A program made the translations under genes and the position numbers. 64,000 nt of DNA, from NCBI GenBank assembly GCA_951406725.2, contig OX597816.1:130076001-130140000 (forward strand), given 5' to 3'. Under the pieces are notes generated by a model. It saw only the letters and a list, made by a program, of their open reading frames with translations, was not told where the DNA came from and made no database searches. This DNA comes from Octopus vulgaris (lineage: Eukaryota). The stretch's first letter is position 1, and the number at the start of each line of letters is the position of its first letter. This document shows, one piece after another, positions 10,728 through 23,828 of the stretch.

Positions 10728-11927
10728 GTATCAAAAATACTGGGAAGAGATCACCAAACACTGAAGAAATTTGTGCAGTCTCCTATTCTGTTCAGTCAAG
10801 GGCAGATAAGGGTAAGCTGAAGGTTGCTTTTGTACTTTGTCACATGTGAAAAGGGAAGTTGTGCGGAACCCATGTCTGACAAGTAGAGAAGTCTTCAAAC
10901 ATTGTGGCAGGGAAGACATATCGAAAATTACCAGGTATCGCCTCTTCAAGCAAGTAACCAGGAATGTTAAACTTGTTACAAGGCCCCCTCTGAGGACTTC
11001 ATAAGCAGAAGAGTACATTAAGATAGATTTTTCAACAGTTCTGTTCACTGTTGAATGCCATGCTACCCTTGATGGACCAAATGGATGGAGTAAACGTTAG
11101 GTATCAACTGTCCTCATTGTTTGAGATGCCAACAGTGGGTAGGTGGGGTTATGTTTTGAGCTGGTATGACATCGAAAACATATGTTACCTTCTTAAAAGA
11201 CAATTTCCAACTGGTTCAAAAAGCAAAAACTTTCATTCAAGAGAAAGCGGGTCTACATGCAAGATAATGCCTTGTCTCATGCAGCGAAGAATTCTAAGGA
11301 ATACCTGCAGCAAATATGCTTCTCTGGAGGTCATTTGATGGAGTGGCCACTTTGTTCCCCTGACTTAAACTTGATTGAGAACCTGTGGAGTGTCCTGAAG
11401 AGGCGTGTTTACCAAGATGGACTGCAGTTTTCAAGTAAAGTTGCCCTTTGGGATGCTATTGTAGATGCCACCCAAAACATGATACAAGAAGGTATCATCA
11501 CCTTGACAATTTCAATGGATCAGCACATAAGGAAGGTTATTGCATGTGGAGGATCTTACATCAAATATTAGGAGCTGTATGATATCATAATCCTGTGATT
11601 ATTTTCATTCAAACGTATTATGTTTACCATTAAGTCCTTTATGAATAAGTTTTTTTTGTTAAACTTTTACTATTGAATTAAATAAATGTTTGTTCTGACT
11701 CAGTCATCATATTTATTATACTTGCCTAATAATTTGTGACAGTGAAAATGTTGGCCAATCATAAAAATGGACACCATTTGTAAGCATCTGCGCAGATCCA
11801 ATTTATTTTAACAGAATGTGTGCAGATAGGTGTGTCCAACAGTCAGTGGGAAAACAACTGGTTTTGAATGAATATATATTTAATTATTGAGAAGGTTGAT
11901 TTGCCTAATAATGTGGGATGCAGTGTG
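10728..11927 (+). mobile_element. Tc1-superfamily DD37E (TRT-like) transposon remnant, left end missing
   Basis: Frameshifted transposase: KILGRDHQTLKKFV (HTH), FTVECHATLDGPNGW, QDNA-x-WPLCSPDLNLIENLW with 37 residues between the second D and E. Right end TTGCCTAATAATGTGGGATGCAGTG with an internal direct repeat TTGCCTAATAATTTGTGACAGTG at ~11722. Confidence 0.85.
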
Positions 11928-12065
11928 TATGTGTTTCTCTCAGTGTAAGATTTAATAACATCATCCAAACAATGGCCTGCATTTTTACCTCTTAGCTAAT
12001 TGTGAGTACTAGAATGTGAGATTGGCTTATATTGGCGTTTTACTGCCTCGGGTAAAAGCACTTTG

Positions 12066-12279
12066 CCCTTTAGCATTCAGATTTCTCTGTCAAATGTAAT
12101 ACTTATTTATTCATATTGCTTTGAATTAATCATGCATTAGCTTGTTGCTCTGAGATTTTGATGATGCAATTGCCTATTTTTAGAATAACATTAAAGCATA
12201 GGTGCAAGAGGCCAGATCTAGCTGATTTGAAACTGGTAGAATATTTTGACCAGGTGTGGAAAGTTTAAATGCTAAAGGG
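12066..12279. mobile_element. piggyBac-like MITE
   Basis: TIRs CCCTTTAGCATT / AATGCTAAAGGG followed by TTAA; same family as 3862 and 51738. Confidence 0.8.
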
Positions 12280-12604
12280 TTAATTCTCAATAACTCAGTC
12301 TAACCAGCTGTAAATAGGTACCATGACATATTAGGCTATTGTTTACCAATATAAGCATTAGGGGACTACAGTTAATAAATGTTTTGTTGGTTTGCATGTG
12401 AAATCTTCCCATGGCAAATAGTAATTTTTCTACTGTATCCTTGTTTGAATCATAATGTATTGTAGGACATTATATTAGTAACCTAATAGTTTATGGCAGT
12501 GTATGAAGATACAATGGGTTAGGTTTCTTTTTTGCTTATCATTGCATACTTTGTGTGAATTGTCATCATAAGGCTCTTGTTAAGGTTAATATACTTTGTA
12601 GAGT

Positions 12605-12765
12605 GGCACAGGAGTGGCTGTGGTAAGTAGCTTGCTTACCAACCACATGGTTCCAGGTTCAGTCCCACTGCGTGGCACCTTGGGCAAGTGTTTTCTACTG
12701 TAGCCTCGGGCTGACCAAAGCCTTGTGAGTGGATTTGGTAGACAGAAACTGAAAGAAGCCCATCG

Positions 12766-12808
<43 letters not shown>

Positions 12809-12981
12809 TTGTCCCCCCCCCCCAACATCGCTTGACAACCGATGCTGGTGTGTTTATTATGTCCCCGTAACTTGTGTGGTTCGGCAAAAGAAACTGATAG
12901 AATAAGTCCTGGGGTCGATTTGCTTGACTGAAGGCGGTGCTCCAGCATGGCTGCAGTCAAATGACTGAAACAAGTAAAAGA
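12605..12981 (+). mobile_element. tRNA-derived SINE, near full length
   Basis: Same A/B box head, central (TA)n and tail as 931-1320. Confidence 0.9.
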
Positions 12982-13428
12982 ATGGTTTAGTAGCACTGCT
13001 AACACAGCAGAACAGTGTTTAATATTACTTTGTAGAAATCTGCAGAGATAACCTTAACAAGTGTTTTAATGGCACTGCTAACACAGTATTGACTTGTAAA
13101 GCATTTAATATACTTTGTAGTATATTATGGCTGTATAATGAAATGCAGTGTCCCTACAAGTCATATGGCTCTGTCTTGCTTAAAAAAATCAATTATCTAC
13201 TTCATTTGATTTTACTCGTTTACAGGATTCTGTCATTGGATTGTGGCCATACTAGAGCACTGCCTTGTAAAGTTTAGTCAATGGAATCAACTTCAGTACT
13301 TTTTTCCTTAAATCTAGTATTCTATTGATCTCTATTTTGCCAAGTTACTAAGTTACACAGAACTAAACAAACAGATTAAGTCATGTCATGTAAAGATAAG
13401 AAGGATGCAAACACACAAAAGAGAGTAT

Positions 13429-13770
13429 ATGCAGTTGTGTGGTTAAGAAGTTTGCTTCCCCAACATATGTCTTGGGTTCAGTCCCATTGTGTAGCACCTT
13501 TGGTAAGTGTCTTCTACTATAGCCCTTGGATGACCAAAGCCTTGTGAGTGGATTTGGTACACAGGAACTGAAAGAAGACTATCTTGTATATCATCATCAT
13601 CATCATTGTTGTTTAATGTCTGTTTTCCATACTGGCATGGGTTGGACAGTCTGACAGGAGCAGTCCAGGCTTCAATTGTGTTTTGGTATAGTTTCCACAG
13701 CTGGATATCCTTCCTAAGACCAACCACTTTACAGAGTATGCTGGGTGCTTTTTATGTGTCACCAGCAAAG
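13429..13770. mobile_element. SINE 5' half (+) abutting an RTE 3'-end fragment (-)
   Basis: SINE head 13429-13590, then CATCATCAT..GTTTAATGTCTGTTTTCCATACTGGCATGGGTTGGACAG as in the RTE terminus. Confidence 0.7.
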
Positions 13771-13914
13771 GGACTTTTTACATGATAATAGTACCTGCAA
13801 GACACCTTTGTCTAGACAGCATGTGATGGTTGTAAATAAGCATCATCGTATTGTTTTCAGTCTTCTGTGAAAAACATATGTAACTCTGGGTTTGCTAGAT
13901 GGGAAGGATATCCG

Positions 13915-14578
13915 GTTTTAGGAAATTTTACAGGGCTTAGAAAAACTGAAGGATTGCTGCAATAAGCGCGTAAATCTGAGAGGGGAATCTATATATATAA
14001 AACTGTAGTTGTGTGAGTGTCTGTCCCCTTCGATTTAGATTCCTAACTACTCCCACATTTTGCGGTGCAGTTTAACCAAATTCGGGTATCTTATAGTAGT
14101 GATTCATATCGAGCCCGTCTGAGTATTAGCGCGCATCTACGATGAGTCTACGATTTTAAAAATAATTTAACATCATTTTTTTATTCCATTTTAATGCATA
14201 ATTTTTCGCGTGTCGATGGCGGCTGAGTTGGCGTCCATGGTCACACCTGCACCTGTTTGCTTGTCCCCTTCTTCCCTCCCTCGTGAAGCTGTGGGGAAGG
14301 GAGTGTAATGAAATCAACGTCGTAAAGCGTTGTCAAGGAGACCAGCGTTCTTTTAGAACGACTTCATGGCTTGAAGACACCAAAACAGAAATGGCTAAGA
14401 AAGCCCAAATTGGCATCTATAAGGGAAGTAACTCTCTAAAAATACTTATATAGTTATTTCCCTTACAAACCCGAGCAACGCCGGGCGATACTGCTAGTAT
14501 GTTGATAAAAATCATAATTAACTGATCTTCCTGTATTTTCTTTTACCTAAAGCCAGGAACTTATCAGCATTCTTCATA
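13915..14578 (+). mobile_element. Mariner-like 3'-end remnant split by a Helitron
   Basis: Removing 13988-14497 restores KLKDCCNKRVNLRGEYV (mariner C-terminal CV.xxGEYVE pattern), followed by TIR-like GCCAGGAACTTATCAGCATTCTTCATA. Confidence 0.6.
13988..14497 (+). mobile_element. Non-autonomous Helitron
   Basis: 5' TCTATATATATAAAA; 3' subterminal hairpin CCCGAGCAACGCCGGG then CTAG; inserted between A and T with no TSD; CpG-rich relative to flanks. Confidence 0.85.
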
Positions 14579-15880
14579 AGCATTACACACGATGGGCTTT
14601 TGCACTGTTTCTGAAATATAAATTTGCTTACTTGGTTTGGTCAGGTTGAAGCTGCAGTAGACACTTAATCATGGTGCTGCATTGTGAAACTGAACCCAAA
14701 ACTACATAGCTCCATAGTGGAGTCCTTTATCACTCAGACATGTTTGTATTTACACCATTTCAGATTTGATTTGTCCCTTCCTCATTACTACCTGGTTGGT
14801 CAGTTATCTATTATTCCCTATTCACATTGACTCTCTTACACTATATTTGAAGTAAATCAATGAAGATAACAGAATTTCCTCTTCACAGTGTCATTTCACC
14901 TAATTTACTATAGCATTGATTTGTTGGTCTCTGGAAAGGAAGGATTAGGATAACAATGTACCTTCTCCTAAAACAACAAAATGATGAAACGTCATGTAAG
15001 TTTAGATGTTAGCATAGTGTTAGCAAGTGTAGAAGACCAGTGGCTTACTCTAAAAGAGGCCCAGTAGTCATGGATTTTTCAAATCATCTTAATACTGAAG
15101 TATTGGGCTAACTTGTTTAGCCCCAGGACAGTCCTGGTGGAACAGGCTTAAAGTTCAATAGCATTCAAACTATGATCAATTCTTTTCTTAGTGTGTAGGA
15201 CATCATTACCCAAAGTCCTTCCCTTATTTAAGACATTATGAGGTGGTTTGAAGGTGATGTCTGCTATTTCTTGCAGATCAAACATCCATGTAGAGGCTAT
15301 CTTGTGGGGCAATTGGCTGTTGGTTTAGGTAGTATATAGTCAGTTGTGGATGAAAGACTAAACAACTCAAATGATGAGTCAGATCTTTTAACATGATATG
15401 TGAAATACTATTGCTCATAGACAGCCTTAGTTTTTAGAAGGATTCAAAATGTATTAGTGCATATTCAGTGGTATCATCCTCCATATCTTAGTATATACAC
15501 GAGCTAATAAACGGGGTCTCTGTGGTTGCTTGACCAGCTAAAAATAGCAGTCAAATTCCTTAAATTACACCCTACCATCTTAAAGAACATAGACATTGGA
15601 TAAGCATACTAACAAAGAAACACATGTCACAGCTATGACTCAGCTGGTGTCAAACAACATTAATAATACATGCTAGCAGCTGTTTCAGAGCTAAAGGGTT
15701 TTCTTTCCAGAAGAGGAATGCACTGTATGACGCAGTTCTGAATGTATAAGATTGTTATGAAAAGTTAATGGAGACCATTAGTACTAGAGTTGATGTGTGT
15801 AGCTCAAAGTTAGTAGAGATGCAGTGTTGTAATTTTGTTTTCTTAAAATGTGCTGTCTCTGTGTTTTATAAATACACATA

Positions 15881-16133
15881 TTCTTTTACTTGTTTCAGTC
15901 GTTTGACTGTGGCCATGCTGGAGTACTGCCTTCAAGGGTTTTAGTCAAACAAAATCAACCCTAGGACTTATTTTTTAAAGTCTACTACTTATTCTGTCAG
16001 TATTTTGCCGAACTGCTAAGTTACAGGAACGTAAACACACCAACGCTGGTTGCCAAGCAATGATGGGGGGGGGGGACAAACACACACATATAATAATGGG
16101 CTTCTTTGTTTTCATCTATAGAAGACACTCAAG
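15881..16133 (-). mobile_element. SINE 3' half
   Basis: CTTTTACTTGTTTCAGTCGTTTGACTGTGGCCATGCTGGAG matches the SINE tail at 931-1100. Confidence 0.75.
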
Positions 16134-16239
16134 TTTATTGAATATTGTATACAGTGCATCTCCAAAGTGCATGCATGGTACACCAGATACATTTATATTA
16201 GAATCTTATTCACTATCCTTGTCTAAGTGTGCAGAGGTC

Positions 16240-16720
16240 TTCCATAAGCCCACACAATGCCAGTCAGTATGGTCCTTTGTCATTTCCATGAGATATAGCA
16301 TCTTCTAGTCAGGCTTCATTACTTTATCCCAAATCTTCATTGGTCTCCTTCTTTCTCAACTTTTACTAACTTGGAATGCTCAGAACTTATGTACGCAGCA
16401 ATCATTCTCTTGCACTCTATACCTGATTCCTTTAATATCCACTTTTCCTTAGTCCATTTGTATTCTAGTATTCATGCACACAAACATTGCACACCTATCA
16501 GAGCATGCTGGTTTCACTTTTTCTAGTCCTTACAAAACTGCATTCAAGGCCCATACCTCACTATCATGCAGTTCTAACACAAGCATCATATAATCTGCTC
16601 TTTCAGAACAACCATCTCTCCTGCTAATTATGTCTCCTAGGAAACAGAAACTGTTGACTACTTCTAGTGAGTCATCTGAGCATTTAAGAAAATCTATTTC
16701 TGGTATACTCCAAGTCAATG
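16240..16720 (-). mobile_element. Old RTE LINE fragment
   Basis: Decayed LEVVNSFCFLGD and LHDSEVWAL motifs homologous to the element at 5577-7637. Confidence 0.6.
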
Positions 16721-16998
16721 ACTGCTAGAAATAATGGTTTACTCTTAGCCAAGTATCTCGCCTGCTGTTGCCTCACTAGGAATATTGCATCCCTTACAAA
16801 TAAGAGCATAGTGTTTTGTTGGCATTTATAATGTACCTGTAATTTAAAAAAAAAAGTATTTTGTAAAAGCTTTTAAAATTGATGTTTGGGACAAGAGATA
16901 AAGTTGGAACCTGTAGCATTTGAACTCAGTGAAAAATGAAAGTAAATATAACTATTGTTCTGTCAACTCACCTTCTTTAACCTAATAATTTATTTAAT

Positions 16999-17037
16999 AA
17001 CAACAAAAACAATCTTTTGAGTTGGTATCAGTTTATT
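16999..17037 (-). terminator. Candidate distal polyadenylation site of MEIOC
   Basis: Minus strand: AATAAA (17037-17032), CA ~13 nt later (17019-17018), then TTGTTTTTGTTGTT (17012-16999). Coincides with the boundary between repeat-free and repeat-rich DNA. Confidence 0.5.
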
Positions 17038-20000
17038 ATTCAATGAGAAGGCTGAGAAATAAATTAGTCTGAAAATCCACCTGTGTGCAGCAGTAAACCA
17101 ACAGTTTGATACATCACTCTTGACAGCTATCACAGAGAATGCAATGGTATTAGTTATAACACGCAATAATGCCAACAACAGCAGCAGCACTAAATTGTTG
17201 GATTTTTGTTTCAAAGCACCAGTTCAAGGACATGGCTGGACTAGTTAAAGGAGTGGGGAGAGGGAATAAAAAAAAATCAGCTCCTATTTAGGAGTATTTT
17301 AGGACCAAGTTTAAAACCTGCCAGTGAGTTAATGTCAAAGCCTGTATCCATAATAGGGTGGGGTAAAGCCACAATAAGCGTGAAATACATAAATAAAAAG
17401 CTCAATATTCCATGCTTTGTACAAGTCCTTCCCAGTTTAAAGAAAAAAATAATAATAACTTAACACAGACATATAAAAAGCATCCACGACTTGTTTCAGA
17501 AAAGAAAATGATTAGTCATAATGATAAACCAGTGAAATACTTTGCTTCCTGTGGCTCTAAGCTCTGAACATAGTATTACAGAGTGAGGTAGGCTAGTTGT
17601 TTTATAAATCCACAGTTTAATTTCAGTAATGTCTTCCAAAATTTAAGCAACTTTACAAAATATAAACAAACTACATTGAAGAGACATTATTGTATAAGGA
17701 ATATTGGCATTTTAATCTATATTGATTTTTTTTAAACAAGAATATTTCATCTGATAGTTTCTTTATAAAAGAAACTAGTGTTCTGATTGTCTTCAGATGA
17801 ATATTAAAAGACTCAAATATGTTTAAAACAAAATATAATTTGAAAAGAAAACAATTAACAGCCAAAAGTTATCTAATATTGTTCAATTTGATATTTAAGC
17901 TAGTATTATGGTCATGTTGATTTCAGTATTAAATTTTCCAAGTGTTTTAAAGCTCAACAGTCTTTCTTTACTATTATAATCTTAAATTCTACTTACAAAA
18001 ATCAAGGTTAAAATAGCAAGAAAGTTAACTCAAAATCAATTATGAACCAAAATGACTTGTGTCTCTATGTAAGAGAATTCTTATTAAGAGATTATTCTGA
18101 AAAGGATCTGTTGTCACAGATGAGTTTGAAAAGTTTCTGTGACTTTTATCAAGTTAGTTAATCTAAGAAAATACTCAAACTACTTGAAGGCAATTCTTCA
18201 ATGTAATAACTTGATAGATCTCAATCATATTACAAAAAACTTGAAAAAACAAAAAAAAAAAAAAAAAGAAACAAATAGTTAATAATAATCAGTAGGAAAA
18301 ACATATTAATTGGTAATCTTAAACACTTGAAAAACATGAAAACTAATTTTTCTGTGCAACCATAACATTAAAATCATACATTTCAAAAGTAATATAAACA
18401 ATGATTTTCATATTATATAAAAGATCTTACAACATCAATTCAGCATGAAAAATTCAGTGAAACAGTGCAAAAAGAAATGTAATGCAAAAAAATGAAGAGA
18501 GCCATGAAAGTTTTAATAGCTTTGGGCCAGGCTCCACAAATTTAATAAGTTATATAGAAATATGTTAGTCTTTTCACACCAGTTTAGAACTATATATAAG
18601 CTAATGATTCAATTAAGTCAGCTACTACATTATCCAAAGTACAAAACTATAGTTTAATGGTAGCAATTTTAATTTTTAAAATACTAAAGACTAACTTCTA
18701 AGCATAAAAAAGGGTTCACTATATTAATCAGGTTACTGATTAAAGATGGGGAAGGGAGCTATTTTTTTTTCCTATTCACATTTTTAAACATGGAATAAAA
18801 TATAGAAATAGTATACTGCTACTGAAAAAAAAAAATGTGTGAAAGATAAAGGAAGAACTGTAGCAACTCTCCATTTGTTATGCAAATAATGTTTGCCTTC
18901 GCTTAGTAATAATTAAGGTAATGAATATGGAAGACTAGAAAAGCTGCTTCTGTCAGAATGGGTGATATAAACAGAGTAAAAATTTGCACATCTCCACTAG
19001 TTGCATGACATTTATACAGAAAATGACTAAAATGATAAAAAAAACAAAGAGAATGTTGTCATCAGTAAGAGTTGTTGGTGTTGGTACTTAGTCATGCTAT
19101 TCATCTGAACAGCTACAATACAGAATGGAACCAGATTTATACTTCCCAAACAAACACAGCTCTTTGTCAACTGATTGTCACAATGTGAAATGCACAAGAT
19201 GATATTGTCCTGAATAAAAGTCACCGGTCTTTAAAAAGGTTGTAATTTCAGATTTTTAAAGTTCTTTTGTTTCAAATGCAATTAATTTTTCTTTTAGTTA
19301 ACATTAAATGTATATTTATGAAATTGCATTTTCTGCTTAGAAATGAGATATGCAAAAATGACTAAAAAGTTGTACTTGTTTTCAACACAAACAATCAATA
19401 CAATTCCTTTGCTAAAACAATGACAATCGACTATTTTACTAAAGATTATTAGACAGTATACTGAGTGGAACAGAACAGAATGTGGAGTTGTAAAGAAACA
19501 TGAATAAAATATGCCATATATTTTTTGGGGGAAAAGTGATAATTTTATATTTCTAGAAAAAGTGTCAAATACTTGTTAAGATAAATCATAATGCTATTTT
19601 CAACATCCAGCCACACCATAGTACTGAATACTTTTGATTCACATGCAACTATAAACTATTTATATTCCAACAAGAGCAAATACTGCTGCAACATAATATT
19701 TTCTTTTTGCATAAAAAGATCTAAGATAAAATTTCTGCTGCCTACAATCAATTACATGCAAGACAATTTGACCATTGTTTATGAAACAGAGTAGATACCA
19801 ACATATCATACAGCACCTTCAAGAGAGTCACTGTTTTAAGGCAACTAGATAAACAGGAACCAAATGGTTATACAAAGAAATTTGTAGCTAACTGTTTATG
19901 TGTTAACTTTGCACATAAAAAATTTCTAATTTTGTATAGAAACAAATTTTCTGAAGAATAAGAAAAATTTTAAGCAATATCAAAATACCGTGAACAATAA

Positions 20001-23000
20001 GCACAGAAAATATTAAAACAACAAAATAGATAAGTGAGAAAAAAAAATTACACAAGCTACAATTAAATCTGGCAATTACCATAGCATCATAGCAAAAATA
20101 GATATAAAGAAAGAAATATTTTGTTTAACTGACTGTAAAGGAATCAGAAAAATTCCAAGTACTAATCTACAAAACAGTAATCCAACATTTATTTTTGAAA
20201 ATATCACAACTTAAAAAAAAAAAAGTCAAACTGGTATCTACATAATTATGTAATTCAAAATTCATAAAGATTTCCCATCATTTTATTTTCAGACCAGAGA
20301 CAAACTAGCTGTTGATATAAGTAGTAAAAACATTTGAAGGAAGGCCAAAAAGCTACAATGTATTTATCCTAGCAGATGCAAAAATAAATATTAAAACCTT
20401 TAAAGAAATTGATGAAGTTAATGTAAAAGATTATGTAGTTTGACAATATTTAGTTTAAATACAAATATAATTGTTTTGGTCTCACTTTAAGAATTGATAA
20501 GTATTATGTTGGTATATATAAAAAAACAAAAAAAACAGCAGTTTGATGAAAATGTTTTAAAATAAAAAAAAAAAACCCAGAGATTTAATATCAGAAATTT
20601 GATTAAAGAAAGGCTACAAGAACTGAAAGAATGAACAAAATATGTGACTAAAATGTGATAATAATAGAGAATTCAACTAGAAACCACAAACTTAATTAGC
20701 AATGGGTAGAAGAAGCTTAATAAATTAAAATTAAATATTAACTCATTCTGTTTACAACTAGATATACCACCAATGCCAAGAAACTGATATGTTATGATAT
20801 GCAATTAACAAGGAAATCATCTAAGATTAAATATGGAGATATTTATATTAACAAAACTTGTTTCCAACAAAAATGCAAAACCTTCAAACAAAGAATCTAA
20901 CAAGTGAAACAGGACTACTAATTGACTATTAATGCTCTCATTCTCCCGGTTGAGATGAAAACAGCAGTGTTCAGAACTGAAGATATTCAAGTGAATAGTT
21001 TTAAAACCAGTTTTGTGAAAGGTAATTCAGAACTTGACACAAAATCTGAGATTAGTTAGCTGTACATAGTAATATCATCTAATACAGAGTATTTAAAATG
21101 CTATAATACTATTCCAGAAGTTTTTTTAAATGTAGTTACATAATTTTAAGAATAACTAAAAAAATAAATACACCAAGTATACAAATTTGAAAAGTTTGCC
21201 ATATGCTGCTGCTAATAATAATAATGAGAGTAAACAATAAAAAATTAAAAAATACTTATTTCAAATAACATGTGGATCTTGATATAAATAATCCATAAAA
21301 CTAAAAAACTGAAGGATGGTCATAGATAAAGAATAATAGTTGGAATGAAAGAAAATATAAACATTATTTGGTTCAGCCAGCACATAATGTTGGAAAATAA
21401 ATTAGCAAGGTATATTCCAACATTATTAAATGGATTATCAAGAATCTAATAGCTACAAAAATACATTTTATGAAAAATATAAACTTGCTTACAAACACAT
21501 TTTAAAATTACCCAAATTGCACTATTGAAGATTTATTTACAATGCATTCAACTGGGTACCAAATGTTTAAGTTGCATGCTAGTAGTAAAAGATGAGATAT
21601 GCAAAAAAAAAAACTTAATGCAATGTAATGTTTGTGTTAAAATGTGAATTTACTAAAAAAATAATAAAAATGAAAACTAAATGACTAAACTGTAATTACC
21701 AGTTTGCTGCAATTTTCCTTTTTAAACAATGAATAGATTAAATAAGTCAAGGCAAGAGAGAGAAACATTTGAAAATGGTTTGGAAAGGACACACTATTCA
21801 GAAACATACTGATAGCAGTATTTTATTGATAGCTTGTTATGGACTGATTTAAGGCTCTTTATTATAAAGTGTAATGAAAGAGATGAATTGTTGTTCAGTT
21901 TAAACAAGACTGCCTGTTATAAAATATGAAAGTAGCAGAGGGAGACAAATTTAAATTATCTTTTTAAAATTATTTGAACTTGATCATTGCCTTTTTTTTT
22001 TTTTTTTAGTTAGAATAATGATAAAAATAGCAAACTGTTCTTGAAATAAAAAAAGAAGCTAAACTAATAGCATTTTTTTCATGAAATTTTGATTTTCATA
22101 TAACTTAAATTTTCAAAAGTTAAATCATTTTCTTCTTTAGAGAGCTATCTATTAATAAAAATGAACTGTATAAAAGAGGGTATGACTCACAACCAACTGA
22201 ATTCAGAAAGGCTGTTAAATTCATATTTTAAAAGGATGTTGTAAAATGGTGATGAAATCTTCTAGAGATTTCCTTTGTGACAAGATATCTGTGGTTACAG
22301 ATGAAGTTACCACAATTTATTAGATAATTTAGAGCTTAACAGACCTCCAAAACATTAGAGGAAGAATTTGTCATTAATTTTAAAAGTTGCTCAATTTTTA
22401 TATATGTGTAATAAGAGTGATATTCCAGCTGTCAGGATACCTTTTTTATAAGAACACAAAGCAATAAATATTTATAATTCGACAAGCATTAACAAAAAAA
22501 TAATCTGCAACAGAGTGATATAAATATAAAAGCAGAATACTTAATAGTGCTAAGTTTTACAATATTAAAAAAAATATTAACTGGTAATAATAATGATTTA
22601 TAACAAAAGCAAAATATTTTAAACTAATCTAATATTTTCCAAGATAAAATAAGTGCTACATACATACAGGATATTTCTTTCAATGAACATAAATAATTAA
22701 GCAACAAAAATTTAATGAAATATAATGAATACTAAAAAATAAAGATAACAGCAAAACTAAAGGGCCAATTCAAAAATTGGGTAAAGCTTAACAAATGTTA
22801 ATAAAAATTGTAGGTATTTCTAAAAGCTGGATAAAATGATTAGAGTAGAATTTCTACACATTTATGTAAGATATTTTTATCATTAACCTAGCATTCATAG
22901 AAATAGATAAAATATCTTATTAAGAAATACTATCATATTAAATCCATAAGATATTTTAAAAGTCAAAATTTTCTACATAGAAAAATTTACAAGCAAAAGA

Positions 23001-23790
23001 CAATGTTAGTGCATTCTTCTGGCTTAAATAAATACATAATTAGGAAATGGTGTTTTTGTTTTTCTTTTCTGTAATAAATAATTTAAGAAATTATAGCATA
23101 TTATATTGATATACATAATATGTTAATGCAAAGATATCCTGATAACTACATTATTATAGAAAAAGTTTTAAAGTCCAGAAAGTTTATCACAACGAGATTA
23201 ATTCATAGTAAAATTAAATGAAATTCTGAAAGAAAAATCAAATCTTTAAAATTATTCTATAATAAACAGCTCATTAGTTTCTAATACTAAATTTAGATAT
23301 AATAATTCTACATAGACAATGTTGTATTGGCCTTATTTTACGGAATTTTATCTCCCACTAATAGATTAGAAATTGAATTTTCTCTCTCTAAATAAGACAA
23401 TTACTTATGCACTAACTAAATCAAAAATTAAATTTAAAAACCTTGTCTAAAAAAAGAGAAGATATTAATCAAATATATTATACTTCTTTTATTGCAAAGA
23501 AAAACTGTTCAAGAAAATCTAAAGAGAACATTATTTTTAATTTAGAGAAAAGGTACTTTGTCAGATTAATTATTTTAAAGAAAACTAGTAATTTTAACAA
23601 GACCAGTAATTTTAAACTAGTAATCTCTAATACACAATTTCAAAAATAACTTACTACTAAGCTTGAAAACAGTACTACTAAGCACTATTTCATAGTGGGT
23701 GTTTAATTACGTAGCTCCAGTAGTTTTATTTTAGAAAACAAATTAATTTTTTATAATTCCTCTAGTCAGCCAAATAGACAAACAGCATTC

Positions 23791-23828
<38 letters not shown>

